Assembly: GCA_964016885.1 (NCBI GenBank)
Contig: OZ024764.1
Coordinates: 9,920,001 to 9,984,000 of the forward strand
DNA from: Eledone cirrhosa
Lineage: Eukaryota
DNA: 64,000 nt
Direction: 5' to 3'
The number at the start of each line of letters is the position of its first letter. Position 1 is the first letter of the stretch. Positions 30,782 through 42,301 of this stretch are shown here, one piece after another. The notes beneath the pieces are model-generated. The model did no database searches and was not told the origin of the DNA. It saw nothing but the letters and a program-made list of their open reading frames with translations. Position numbers and translations under genes: made by a program.

Positions 30782-30880
30782 TCTGTGTTTGTGTCTGTGT
30801 GTCTGTCTGTGTGTGTGTATGTGTGTGTGTATGTTTGTGTGTATGTGTGTGTGTGTGTGTATGTGTCTGTGTGTGTATGT
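29617..30880. repeat. (TG)n-derived complex minisatellite
   Basis: TG runs punctuated by recurring gtcgggtctg and atgagcacatgtctg motifs. Confidence 0.95.
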
Positions 30881-30944
30881 AGTGTATATATATATATATA
30901 TATGTGGGTATGTGCTTATGTATCTGTAAATGTTTGTCAAAACT

Positions 30945-31378
<434 letters not shown>

Positions 31379-31544
31379 ATGGTAGCTAGACACGTTAGAA
31401 ATAGCAGCCAAATCTCCTTCATATCACACTCTACTGCCTTAAGCATGTATGTATTGTGTTCTGTCTGTCCTACACCATCTTGTTTTTGTATACAAAAACA
31501 AGATGGTGTAGGACAGAACAGAGAGACACACAAAATAAAACCTC

Positions 31545-31587
31545 GTCACTGAGGAGGTCACAGAATATGTGACGAAAGAGCTTTGAC
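31545..31587 (+). ncRNA. Minimal type I hammerhead ribozyme motif (family C)
   Basis: gtca CTGAGGA g gtcaca gaata tgtgac GAAA gagc tt tgac. Confidence 0.75.
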
Positions 31588-31701
31588 AATATATAAACAA
31601 CTTTCCGGTTATCGAACCAGCCAACTGGAAACTTATAATAAATTGAAGTGAAAACCAACAGGTGCGTGTGTTTCTATTGGCAACATGACCCTCCCAAAGT
31701 A

Positions 31702-31773
<72 letters not shown>

Positions 31774-31797
31774 CATTGATATGTATGCATATGTATG

Positions 31798-31855
<58 letters not shown>

Positions 31856-31981
31856 GGAGGTGAGTTTTATTGTAGTACAATAAAGCAAATGTTAAAAACA
31901 CAAATGTTATTGCATGATGATATTTGTTTTTGAAATGCGCATAATAAAATACATGGAACTCATTTAACCATCTTTTGTTCT

Positions 31982-32057
<76 letters not shown>

Positions 32058-32110
32058 TAATAAAAACAATGAATAAAAACAAAGAACAAGTTCCTTATAT
32101 TAAAAAAATT

Positions 32111-32246
32111 CATCATTTTACGATCGTTTCTAGGATATATATGTGTGTGTTGGTATGTATATCATATAGATCTATGTAAAAATTTTACAAACTATCAGAG
32201 GGAATATACATACCTACACATATATATGCTGTCTTCAGAAATAATG
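32111..32246 (-). ncRNA. Type I hammerhead ribozyme with long stem II (family D)
   Basis: Minus strand: cattattt CTGAAGA ...about 100 nt hairpin... GAAA CGATCG TA aaatgatg; 8-bp stem I and GUA triplet. Confidence 0.8.
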
Positions 32247-32273
32247 ATATTTGTTTGTGCCTAACGTAGAAAC

Positions 32274-32304
<31 letters not shown>

Positions 32305-32333
32305 CGATATTAATAAATATATACGATATTAAT

Positions 32334-32393
32334 AAATGCAACCATTATTTTTGGAAGCCATCCGGATGGCTTCCAAAAATAATGGTTGCATTT
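32334..32393. repeat. Perfect 60-bp palindrome
   Basis: aaatgcaaccattatttttggaagccatcc|ggatggcttccaaaaataatggttgcattt. Confidence 0.95.
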
Positions 32394-32437
32394 TAATAGG
32401 GTACGTCAAAGCTTATTTGTAAAACTGTTATATATTG

Positions 32438-32502
32438 TATTTTGTCTGATGAAGGCATACCATAATTTAATTTGGTATCCCTGAAATATGTATAATGAAA
32501 TA
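32438..32502 (+). ncRNA. Type I hammerhead ribozyme motif (family A)
   Basis: tattttgt CTGATGA aggc atacca..tggtat ccct GAAA tatgta TA atgaaata. Confidence 0.75.
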
Positions 32503-32634
32503 AATATGGTTTTATAAATATAGTTTCCATTTGTTAATATCGTATATTTACTCCAAATACTTGTCGAGTGCTTTATATCAGTTATAAAAATATTTACTTG
32601 TTGTAACCCAACAATTTTAAATAGAACTTTTGTA

Positions 32635-32686
<52 letters not shown>

Positions 32687-32773
32687 TAATTTTTAAAAAG
32701 GCCGATCAGTCACTGTATATTTTAGAAAATATCATATATTTTCACTAGCTCTGACAGTTGGCAGGTGAACAGT

Positions 32774-32823
32774 GAGCTGTACTGATGAAGGGTGATACCC
32801 AGAAACATTAGTGTCCGCAGTTC
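32774..32823 (+). ncRNA. Type I hammerhead ribozyme motif
   Basis: gagctgt a CTGATGA a gggt gat accc a GAAA cattagtg TC c gcagttc; GUC triplet. Confidence 0.75.
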
Positions 32824-32933
32824 TGTTTACATGCCAGCAAAAGAGCAAGAATGAGGGGTTCATTCTACTGACATGGCTATAAAATTGAGGCTTGTTTGCA
32901 TAATTGCAAACGAATCGAATGTTATTATTTAAT

Positions 32934-33120
32934 GGCAGTGGATTGGCAGTATCGGTAGAGGGTCGGACGCCATGCTTTCCAGCACAGTTACGTCTCTTTA
33001 CGGACTGAGTTCAAATCCCGCCGAGGTTGACTTTGCCTTTCATCCTTACGGGGTCGATAAAATAAAGTACCAGTAATGCACTGGGTAATTGCTGGCCTTG
33101 TGCCTAAAGTAGAAACAATT
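32934..33120 (+). mobile_element. tRNA-derived SINE (family 2)
   Basis: Full-length match to 19770-19953. Confidence 0.9.
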
Positions 33121-33421
33121 ATTTATCCCAAATTGTAGAAATCTTATAACGAAACGATCGTCTGGAAGGAAAGAGATGTTTATTTAATGTCTCATATAAA
33201 ATAATACAATCAATTATCCACGAAATACTGATTAGTTAGCACCCCAAACACTAAATTGAGATAATACTTAGGTATATCCTAATGTTTGTTGGGTGAGATG
33301 GAGTTGGTCAGAGTATCGCTTAAGGCTTTCTCTGTTAATGTATTATATATATATATATATATATACGTAAGTGTGTGAGAGAGAGAGTGTGTGTGTGTGT
33401 GTGTATGTATTTATATGTATG

Positions 33422-33461
<40 letters not shown>

Positions 33462-33745
33462 GTAGGAGGTGAGTTTTATTGTAGTACAATAAAGCAATGC
33501 AGATATCGGATAAGAAGCACTCTACAGTTTGTGGGACTGGAGTATGCATAATATAAGATCAAAAGATGGTTAAAGGAGTTCAATATATTATATATATATA
33601 TATATATATATGTAGATAAATCTACCAAGAGTTTACGGTAGTGTCCAATCCGTATGAAGAACTCAATGTATTCCGGATATCATGGAAAGAAGAGATGTAA
33701 TGAAAAACCACTTTCGGTGAAAGATAAACGGTATACAGAGTCAAG

Positions 33746-34142
33746 ATAAAATATTAAACAAATAATGAATAAACAATTCCTTATATTAAACAAAAAAAGT
33801 TCATTATTTAACGATCGTTTCTAGGATATATATGTGTTAGAATTGGTATGCATATTCAACAGATCTATGTACAAAATTATACAAAATTATACAAATTATC
33901 AAGATTAAATATACATACCAAACACATATATACGCCGTCTTCAGAAATATTTCTGAAGACGGCGTATATATGTGTTTGGTATGTATATTTAATCTTGATA
34001 ATTTGTATAATTTTGTATAATTTTGTACATAGATCTGTTGAATATGCATACCAATTCTAACACATATATATCCTAGAAACGATCGTTAAATAATGAACTT
34101 TTTTTGTTTAATATAAGGAATTGTTTATTCATTATTTGTTTA

Positions 34143-34151
<9 letters not shown>
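33746..34151. repeat. 406-bp spacerless palindrome encoding two divergent family D hammerheads
   Basis: Centre gaaat|atttc at 33948/33949, with identical ORFs on both strands. HHR 33948-34092 (+): tattt CTGAAGA ... GAAA CGATCG TT aaata. Confidence 0.92.
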
Positions 34152-34182
<31 letters not shown>

Positions 34183-34188
34183 AGTTCA

Positions 34189-34229
<41 letters not shown>

Positions 34230-34237
<8 letters not shown>

Positions 34238-34929
34238 ATAAATTAACGGAGGCATAGGCCGTCGTTATTCCCTGTAAATAATGTGCTCAAAGGAGAAGAG
34301 ATCCTGAGCTTTTTAAAATACAATATGTTGAGAAGGTAACACACCAGAGAGAGACACATAGTGCGTTGTCAATAATACAGGGAAAAAACCACCAGTGTAT
34401 GGAATCTATAACATATGAAAGGCAGACCATAGACACGACAATGAAAAATATAAATTAAAGCGTAAATAAATACCTTTATAACTATATAACACACGTACAA
34501 ATCCAAAGATATGTTTCACCAAAATTTGTTGAAAGAAATGGTCTAGTCTCGGTTCATCAGCGTGTGTAAGGCCATACATTTCAGACAACACTAAAAGAAT
34601 TTTAAAATTGACTGTCCAGCTACACGTGGGAGAGAGAAGTCACAGCGCGTTTAAGGGCAGTGAACCAGTGGCCTCCGAGAGACGAACTGCCAGAAAGGGC
34701 AGCCCAAAGCCACCCAGAGAAGTGCGCTCAACAAAACAGAGACAGGAAAGACTGTCATTAGGAGCGAAATATCACGATAAATTAACGGAGGCATAGGCCG
34801 TCGTTATTCCCTGTAAATAATGTGCTCAAAGGAGAGGAGATCCTGAGCTCTTTAAAATACAATATGTTGAGAAGGTAACACACCAGAGAGAGACACATAG
34901 TGCGTTGTCAATAATACAGGGAAAAAACC
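34230..34929 (-). mobile_element. Partial-tandem (pseudo-LTR/retrozyme-like) unit, period 539 bp
   Basis: 161-bp direct repeats at 34230-34390 and 34769-34929 bracket a hammerhead; ends in (TA)n. Confidence 0.75.
34489..34567 (-). ncRNA. Full type I hammerhead ribozyme
   Basis: Minus strand: acacacg CTGATGA accgaga...ttttggt GAAA catatc tttg gatttg TA cgtgtgt; all three stems pair, GUA triplet. Confidence 0.85.
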
Positions 34930-35331
34930 CGTAAAAGGGCGGAGGAACTCCGGACAGTCAACTGCCATCCAATAAAGTATTTTTTTGAAGGGGGTAGTGG
35001 AGCGAGAGACCCCTTAGTCTTCATTAAGACATCTCTCTAGGAGAAGGTCACTCTGATATAAAACCTGGGACTTTGTTTGTGTCCAATGATGTAGACCAGT
35101 TCGACTTTTTGGACAAATACATTCGATATTCAGAGAGTGGGATTGACCCCCATGCAAAACCTTTCCTCACTTAAAAAAGCTTCAAGTACAGACATCGCTT
35201 TATATATGACATTTTTTACGATGCATGGTATTGCTGGTCATAGACAAGTCCCTAGTAGGACTAAAAAGCCACACCTGTGATGCTCATGCTTACGTATCAA
35301 GCAATGACATTACTCGAAATTAGCCATCATG

Positions 35332-36201
35332 CAGTAAAGATACTATAAACATTTAGTACAAAACAACACTATGACTACATCACATTAAATATTAAAGTAT
35401 TTACTGTAATACTGTAAATTTTGACAATGATCTGTCCACCAGTAAAGATACTATAAACATTTAGTACAAAACAACACTATGACTACATCACATTAAATAT
35501 TAAAGTCTTTACTGTAATACTGTAAATTTTCACAACAATCTGTCCACCAGTAAAGATACTATAAACATTTAGTACAAAACAACACTATGACTACATCACA
35601 TTAAATATTAAAGTCTTTACTGTAATACTGTAAATATTCACAACAATCTGTCCACCAGTAAAGATACTATAAACATTTAGTACAAAACAACACTATGACT
35701 ACATCACATTAAATATTAAAGTATTTACTGTAATACTGTAAATTTTGACAATGATCTGTCTACCAGTAAAGATACTATAAACATTTAGTACAAAACAACA
35801 CTATGACTACATCACATTAAATATTAAAGTATTTACTGTAATACTGTAAATTTTGACAATGATCTGTCTACCAGTAAAGATACTATAAACATTTAGTACA
35901 AAACAACACTATGACTACATCACATTAAATATTAAAGTCTCTACTGTAATACTGTAAATTTTGATAATGATCTGTCTACCAGTAAAGATACTATAAACAT
36001 TTAGTACAAAACAACACTATGACTACATCACATTAAATATTAAAGTCTTTACTGTAATACTGTAAATTTTCACAACAGTCTGTCTACCAGTAAAGATACT
36101 AAAAACAACACTGACTACATCACATTAAATATTAAAGTCTTTACTGTAATACTGTAAATGTTCACAACAATCTGTCCACGAGGAAAGATACTATAAACAT
36201 T
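35332..36201. repeat. 108-bp tandem repeat, 8 copies
   Basis: tactataaac at 35341, 35449, 35557 ... 35881. Confidence 0.96.
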
Positions 36202-36289
36202 TGAATTAACAAACTTATCAATAGGATATTTTCTGCTCATGGAGTTAAAAATTGAAAAGGAAAAAGGGAGACAATTTCTGCCGTTAATC

Positions 36290-36680
36290 AACATTCACAA
36301 TTTTTGGAAAAGAGAAATCAGCCAGCTTGGGCTCGACAATCTCTCTACATCTCTTTGCCAGACACTTTATAAAGCATATACTTTAGCGGGGAGGCTTAAC
36401 AAGGAGATCCCCCTGTAATTGGAACAGTCTCTCGTCACCCTTTCTGAAAAATGGGATTATCACTCCCGATTCCCATTGCTTAGATGACATTCCAGAGATC
36501 CAGGCCACCCAACACACATCAGACAGCCAGAAAATACCTTCCCTATTTAATGACATTTCGGGACGGATTTCATTTTCCCCAGCTCCCTAGCCACATTTGA
36601 GCTATTTAACTGCTATTGTAACCCCCGCCTTTGAGAGATTAGTCACTGTTCCCAGATGCACCTCGTCTACACCAGAAGAT
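36290..36680 (-). pseudogene. Degenerate RTE reverse transcriptase N-terminal fragment (inverted 5' part)
   Basis: Minus strand gives QWESGVIIPFFRKGD...GISLLSLPAKVYA, matching the W..IIPI.KKGD / RGISLL RT motifs. Confidence 0.75.
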
Positions 36681-36689
36681 GGGGGGTAG

Positions 36690-37385
36690 GCGTAAAAGCA
36701 AAACTCGCTGTCTTCAATTCAGTATTAATGACAACCCTTACCTATGGTCATGAATCTTGGGTAATGACCGAAAGAATATGATCGCGAATACAAGTGGCCG
36801 AACTGGGGTTCCTCTGAAGGGTCTTTGGAGCAATGTTACTCGATAGAGTGTGTAGCTCGGAGATCAGAAAGTCATTCCAGGTAGAGCCGCTACTTCTCCG
36901 AATTGAAAGAATCTCTGAATTGAGAGATCACAGCTCTGATACTACAGACATGTGGTTAGAATATCTCAGGAAAGAATCTCTGGATTGAGAGATCACAGCT
37001 CTGATACTACAGACATGTGGTTAGAATGTCTCAGGAAAGAATCTCTGAATTGAGAGATCACAGCTCTGATACTACAGACATGTGGTTAGAATGTCTCAGG
37101 AAAGAATCTCTGGATTGAGAGATCACAGCTCTGATACTACAGACATGTGGTTAGAATGTCTCAGGAAAGAATTGCTGGACAAATTTTACGGGCAAACCAA
37201 CCGGTAGGGGAGCCAGGGATAGAATCCAAGCAAGATGGTTGAATAACAGCCATGAGGTTGGCTGGTCTCACTTGGATGATCCAGCCAGATTAGTTGGAGA
37301 CGGTTGCTTCTGACAGGACCCGTTGGAGGGACTATTTGAGGACTCTGCCCCCTCCACGACCCTCTCAGGAATAAATGAGAGAAGA
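36690..37385 (+). pseudogene. RTE LINE C-terminal fragment with 65-bp internal tandem (4 copies)
   Basis: KAKLAVFNSVLMTTLTYGHESWVMTERI*SRIQVAELGFL*RVFG...VEPLLLRIE. Confidence 0.85.
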
Positions 37386-37476
37386 TACATAAGTAAATTT
37401 GTCACCAATATACATAACATCTCTATGAAAAAAGATCGCTAAAGTAATCTCATTCAGAGAAGCAAATATATATATA

Positions 37477-37664
37477 TAGGAACGAGTAGGACCCCGACGG
37501 CTGAGCTCAAGCCGTCGAAACGACTAATTATGTCCAGAATTAGCCGTCGAAACGGCTTGAGCTCAGCCGTCGGGGTCCTACTCGTTCCTATTACCCACTC
37601 TACTACCCTAAGTATTGAGTACTTTGGTGCGTTATGGTCCACCTGGTTCCTTACCACATTTCCT

Positions 37665-37665
<1 letters not shown>
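37477..37665 (+). mobile_element. Fold-back module retaining the 3' half of a hammerhead (family F)
   Basis: About 113-bp inverted repeat containing GAAA cggct tgagctc agccg TC gggg; paralogs at 51703-51840, 62087-62200 and 62424-62618. Confidence 0.7.
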
Positions 37666-37702
<37 letters not shown>

Positions 37703-37811
37703 GTAGGAGGTGAGTTTTATTGTAGTATAATAAAGCAATGCAGATATCGGATATGTTGATTTAAAACTGCACTAATGACAAGTGTTTTTTAACCTTCATA
37801 TCATGTATCCC

Positions 37812-37882
37812 TATTTTATCTGACGAAAACGCAAATGTCATCGCATGATGATATTTGTTTTTGAAATGCGCATAATAAAATA
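37812..37882 (+). ncRNA. Type I hammerhead ribozyme motif (family B)
   Basis: tattttat CTGACGA aaac gcaaatgtcatc..gatgatatttgt tttt GAAA TGCGCA TA ataaaata. Confidence 0.82.
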
Positions 37883-37912
37883 CATGGAACTCTTTTAACC
37901 ATCTTTTGATCT

Positions 37913-37953
<41 letters not shown>

Positions 37954-38450
37954 GACATATATATATTTATATATATATATGACATCTTATATAAAATCAC
38001 TTAGTGGAACCTGCTAGATTTCGGTTTTTAACTAGGAATTAGTCCCTAAGGAAAGATGCTTGTGGTGTCTTCTTTTTAGAGTACTTTATTGGGATCTACC
38101 CCTCAGTGATTTTGTATGTGTGTGTATATATACATATATATGTATATATGCCTTTACAGTGAAAATACAATAGTAAATATAGAGTAATGTAAATGTTATG
38201 TGAGATATTATGTGAGGTAAAGCCTTTACAGTGAAAATACAATAGTATATATAGAGTAATGTAAATGTTATGTGAGATATTATGTGAGGTAAAGCCTTTA
38301 CTGTGAAAATACAATAGTATATATAGAGTAATGTAAATATTAAAGGGTTAATAAATTTTGAAGAAATCAATGTAGGACAAAGAAAGTATTTCTTAGTGAA
38401 TAGATAGTGCAGACGCGTTATATATATTTCAATGACCTGGTTACGTAAGG

Positions 38451-39622
38451 CAGGGAAGAGTTCTGGTGTTCTGAATCCCCAAATCTACAGTAGGGAGGAC
38501 ATCTGGTGTCCTGGGTCCCTAAATTTACAGCAGGGAGGACTTCTGGTGTTCTGAATCCCTAAATTTATAGCAGGGAAGAGTTCTGGTGTTCCGAATCCCT
38601 AAATTTACAGCAGGGAGGACTTCTGGTATTCTGGGTCCCTAAATCTATAGTAGGGAAGAGTTCTGGTGTTCTGAGCCCCTAAATCTACAGCAAGGAAGAG
38701 TTCTGGTGTTCTGAGTCCCTAAATCTATAGCAGGGAAGAGTTCTGGTGTTCTGGGTCCCTAAATTTATAGTAGGGAAGAGTTCTGGTGTTCTGGGTCCCT
38801 AAATTTACAGCAGGGAGGACTTCTGGTATTCTGGGTCCCTAAATTTACAGCAGGGAGGACTTCTGGTATTCTGGGTCCCTAAATCTATAGTAGGGAAGAG
38901 TTCTGGTGTTCTGAGCCCCTAAATCTACAGCAGGGAAGAGTTCTGGTGTTCTGAGTCCCTAAATCTATAGCAGGGAAGAGTTCTGGTGTTCTGGGTCCCT
39001 AAATTTATAGTAGGGAAGAGTTCTGGTGTTCTGGGTCCCTAAATTTACAGCAGGGAGGACTTCTGGTATTCTGGGTCCCTAAATCTATAGTAGGGAAGAG
39101 TTCTGGTGTTTTGAGCCCCTAAATCTACAGCAGGGAAGAGTTCTGGTGTTCTGAGTCCCTAAATCTATAGCAGGGAAGAGTTCTGGTGTTCTGGGTCCCT
39201 AAATTTATAGTAGGGAAGAGTTCTGGTGTTCTGGGTCCCTAAATTTACAGCAGGGAGGACTTCTGGTGTTCTGGGTCCCTAAATCTATAGTAGGGAAGAG
39301 TTCTGGTGTTCTGAGCCCCTAAATCTACAGCAGGGAAGAGTTCTGGTGTTCTCAGTCCCTAAATCTATAGCAGGGAAGAGTTCTGGTGTTCTGGGTCCCT
39401 AAATTTATAGTAGGGAAGAGTTCTGGTGTTCTGGGTCCCTAAATTTACAGCAGGGAGGATTTCTGGTGTTCTGAATCCCTAAATTTACAGCAGGGAGGAC
39501 TTCTGGTGTTCTGGGTCCCTACATTTATATCAGGGAGGACTTCTGGTGTTCTGAGCCCCTACATCTACAACAGGGAGGACTTCTGGTGTTCTGGGTCCCT
39601 AAATTTATAGCAGGGAGGACTT
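38451..39622 (+). repeat. 40-bp satellite (about 29 copies) with 200/240-bp higher-order structure
   Basis: Unit cagggaagagttctggtgttctgggtccctaaatttatag; gagcccct variant at 38673, 38913, 39113, 39313 and 39553. Confidence 0.96.
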
Positions 39623-39762
39623 GAGATTACTATTTACGTAAGACTCACGACCTTACGTAACCAGGTCATTGAAATATATATAAAGTGTCTGCACTATCTA
39701 TTCACTAAGAAATACTTTCTTTGTCCTACATTGATTTCTTCAAAATTTATTAACCCTTTAAT

Positions 39763-40995
39763 ATTTACATTACTCTATATATACTATTGTATTTTCACAG
39801 TAAAGGCTTTACCTCACATAATATCTCACATAACATTTACATTACTCTATATATACTATTGTATTTTCACAGTAAAGGCTTTACCTCACATAATGTCTCA
39901 CATAACATTTACATTACTCTATATATACTATTGTATTTTCACAGTAAAGGCTTTACCTCACATAATATCTCACATAACATTTACATTACTCTATATATAC
40001 TATTGTATTTTCACAGTAAAGGCTTTACCTCACATAATATCTCACATAACATTTACATTACTCTATATATACGATTGTATTTTCATAGTAAAGGCTTTAC
40101 CTCACATAATATCTCACATAACATTTACATTACTCTATATATACGATTGTATTTTCACAGTAAAGGCTTTACCTCACATAATATCTCACATAACATTTAT
40201 ATTACTCTATATATACTATTGTATTTTCACAGTAAAGGCTTTACCTCACATAATATCTCACATAACATTTACATTACTCTATATATACTATTGTATTTTC
40301 ACAGTAAAGGCTTTACCTCACATAATATCTCACATAACATTTACATTACTCTATATATACTATTGTATTTTCACAGTAAAGGCTTTACCTCACATAATAT
40401 CTCACATAACATTTACATTACTCTATATATACTATTGTATTTTCACAGTAAAGGCTTTACCTCACATAATATCTCACATAACATTTACATCACTCTATAT
40501 ATACTATTGTATTTTCACAGTAAAGGCTTTACCTCACATAATATCTCACATAACATTTACATTACTCTATATATACTATTGTATTTTCACAGTAAAGGCT
40601 TTACTTCACATAATATCTCACATAACATTTATATTACTCTATATATACTATTGTATTTTCACAGTAAAGGCTTTACCTCACATAACATTTACATTACTCT
40701 ATATATACTATTGTATTTTCAGAGTAAAGGCTTTACCTCACATAATATCTCACATAACATTTATATTACTCTATATATACTATTGTATTTTCACAGTAAA
40801 GGCTTTACCTCACATAACATTTACATCACTCTATATATACTATTGTATTTTCAGAGTAAAGGCTTTACCTCACATAATATCTCACATAACAGTTACATTA
40901 CTCTATATATACTATTGTATTTTCACAGTAAAGGCTTTATCTCACATAACATTTACATTACTCTATATTTACTATTGTATTTTCACAGTAAAGGC
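39763..40995 (+). repeat. 72-bp satellite (about 17 copies) behind a piggyBac-type MITE left end
   Basis: Same unit as 13002-14135, preceded by TTAACCCTTTAATATTTAC; a short inverted copy lies at 38150-38350. Confidence 0.96.
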
Positions 40996-41590
40996 ATATA
41001 TACATATATATGTATATATACACACACACATACAAAATCACTGAGGGGTAGATCCCAATAAAGTACTCTAAAAAGAAGACATCCTAAGCATCTTTCCTTA
41101 GGGACTAATTCCTAGTTAAAAACCGAAATCTAGCAGGCTCCACTAAGTGATTTTATATAAGATGTCATCTATATATATGAATAAAGTGGCCCTCATCAGT
41201 GATCTTCCAACCATCACAGGTATTTCTTCGCTTTAAAGACCATATACCTCCGGTTGGTGCGAGCAACGGCTAAAAAAAGTCGTTGGGACACGTAAATAAA
41301 GGGGACAGCGAGAGTGTAAACAAACAAAGATGGTGAATATATATATAAATTTTCTTTGCTTCTTGCATTTAAATATTCCACGACTCTCTACCACAATCTT
41401 CTTACACCTTCTTCTCACCCGTCCATTTTACTCTCCCACCCTAGTACCTTCAATATGCCCAATCTCAAATCTTTTCTCCGCCAGCTCCATTCTACTCTCA
41501 AGCGCTTAAGAGATGTCAACATGAATGGACCTGTTATTTTTATCTAAATACATTTTTTCCAATTCCACCCCGCCCGTCCCCTCAATCTTT

Positions 41591-41626
41591 CTTCTGATGA
41601 AGGACTAGCGTCCGAAATGTTAAGAC
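41591..41626 (+). ncRNA. Minimal hammerhead ribozyme motif (family E)
   Basis: tctt CTGATGA a ggac tagc gtcc GAAA tg TT aaga. Confidence 0.78.
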
Positions 41627-41910
41627 CCTCTTCCTGCTATATCAAGCGTTAACCTAATATATTCCTTCCATATACTGTACCGATTGTGTTGTTATTTCTG
41701 TTTACCTTTTACATACATACATACATATATATATCGTATATATAGAGAGAGAAGCAAATATATATATATAACCAAAAGTTAAACAAGGTTCATTGATTAA
41801 ACAATGAATATAGTTTTACAGTAGATTAGAAGCACTCAACAAGTGGTTTTCTTGAGTTATTAATATTAATTCAAAATTTTAATAAATATAGACATTCATG
41901 TGATCAAATA

Positions 41911-41976
41911 TATTTTAGTACATACATTTCAGAGGTAGTCTGCTGTTTCCTCAGTACGTCCTCATCAGATAAAATA
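41911..41976 (-). ncRNA. Type I hammerhead motif (family A variant, degenerate)
   Basis: Minus strand: tattttat CTGATGA ggacgtactg...tacctct GAAA tgtatg TA ctaaaata. Confidence 0.6.
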
Positions 41977-42301
41977 AATTGATGTCTGACAAACCCCAAC
42001 TGTGCTGATATATATATATTTACTTCTCTGATGAGATTACTTTAGCGATCTTTTTTCATAGAGATGTTATGTATATTGGTGACAAATTTACTTATGTATC
42101 TTCTCCCATTTATTCCTGAGGGGGTCGTGGAGGGGGCAGAGTCCTCAAACAGTCCCTCTAACGGGTCCTGCCAGAAGCAACCGTCTCCAACTAATCTGGC
42201 TGGATCATCCAAGTGAGACCAGCCAACCTCATGGCTGTTATCCAACCATCTTGCTTGGATTCTATCCCTGGCTCTCCTACCGGTTGGTTTGCCCGTAAAA
42301 T

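Noticed and set aside
33837-34060. Two identical 70-aa ORFs on opposite strands
   Set aside because: A trivial consequence of the perfect palindrome
39731-41061. 437-aa and 424-aa ORFs with 24-aa repeats (also 13099-14170)
   Set aside because: Translation of the 72-bp satellite, open in two overlapping frames; not a zinc-finger array
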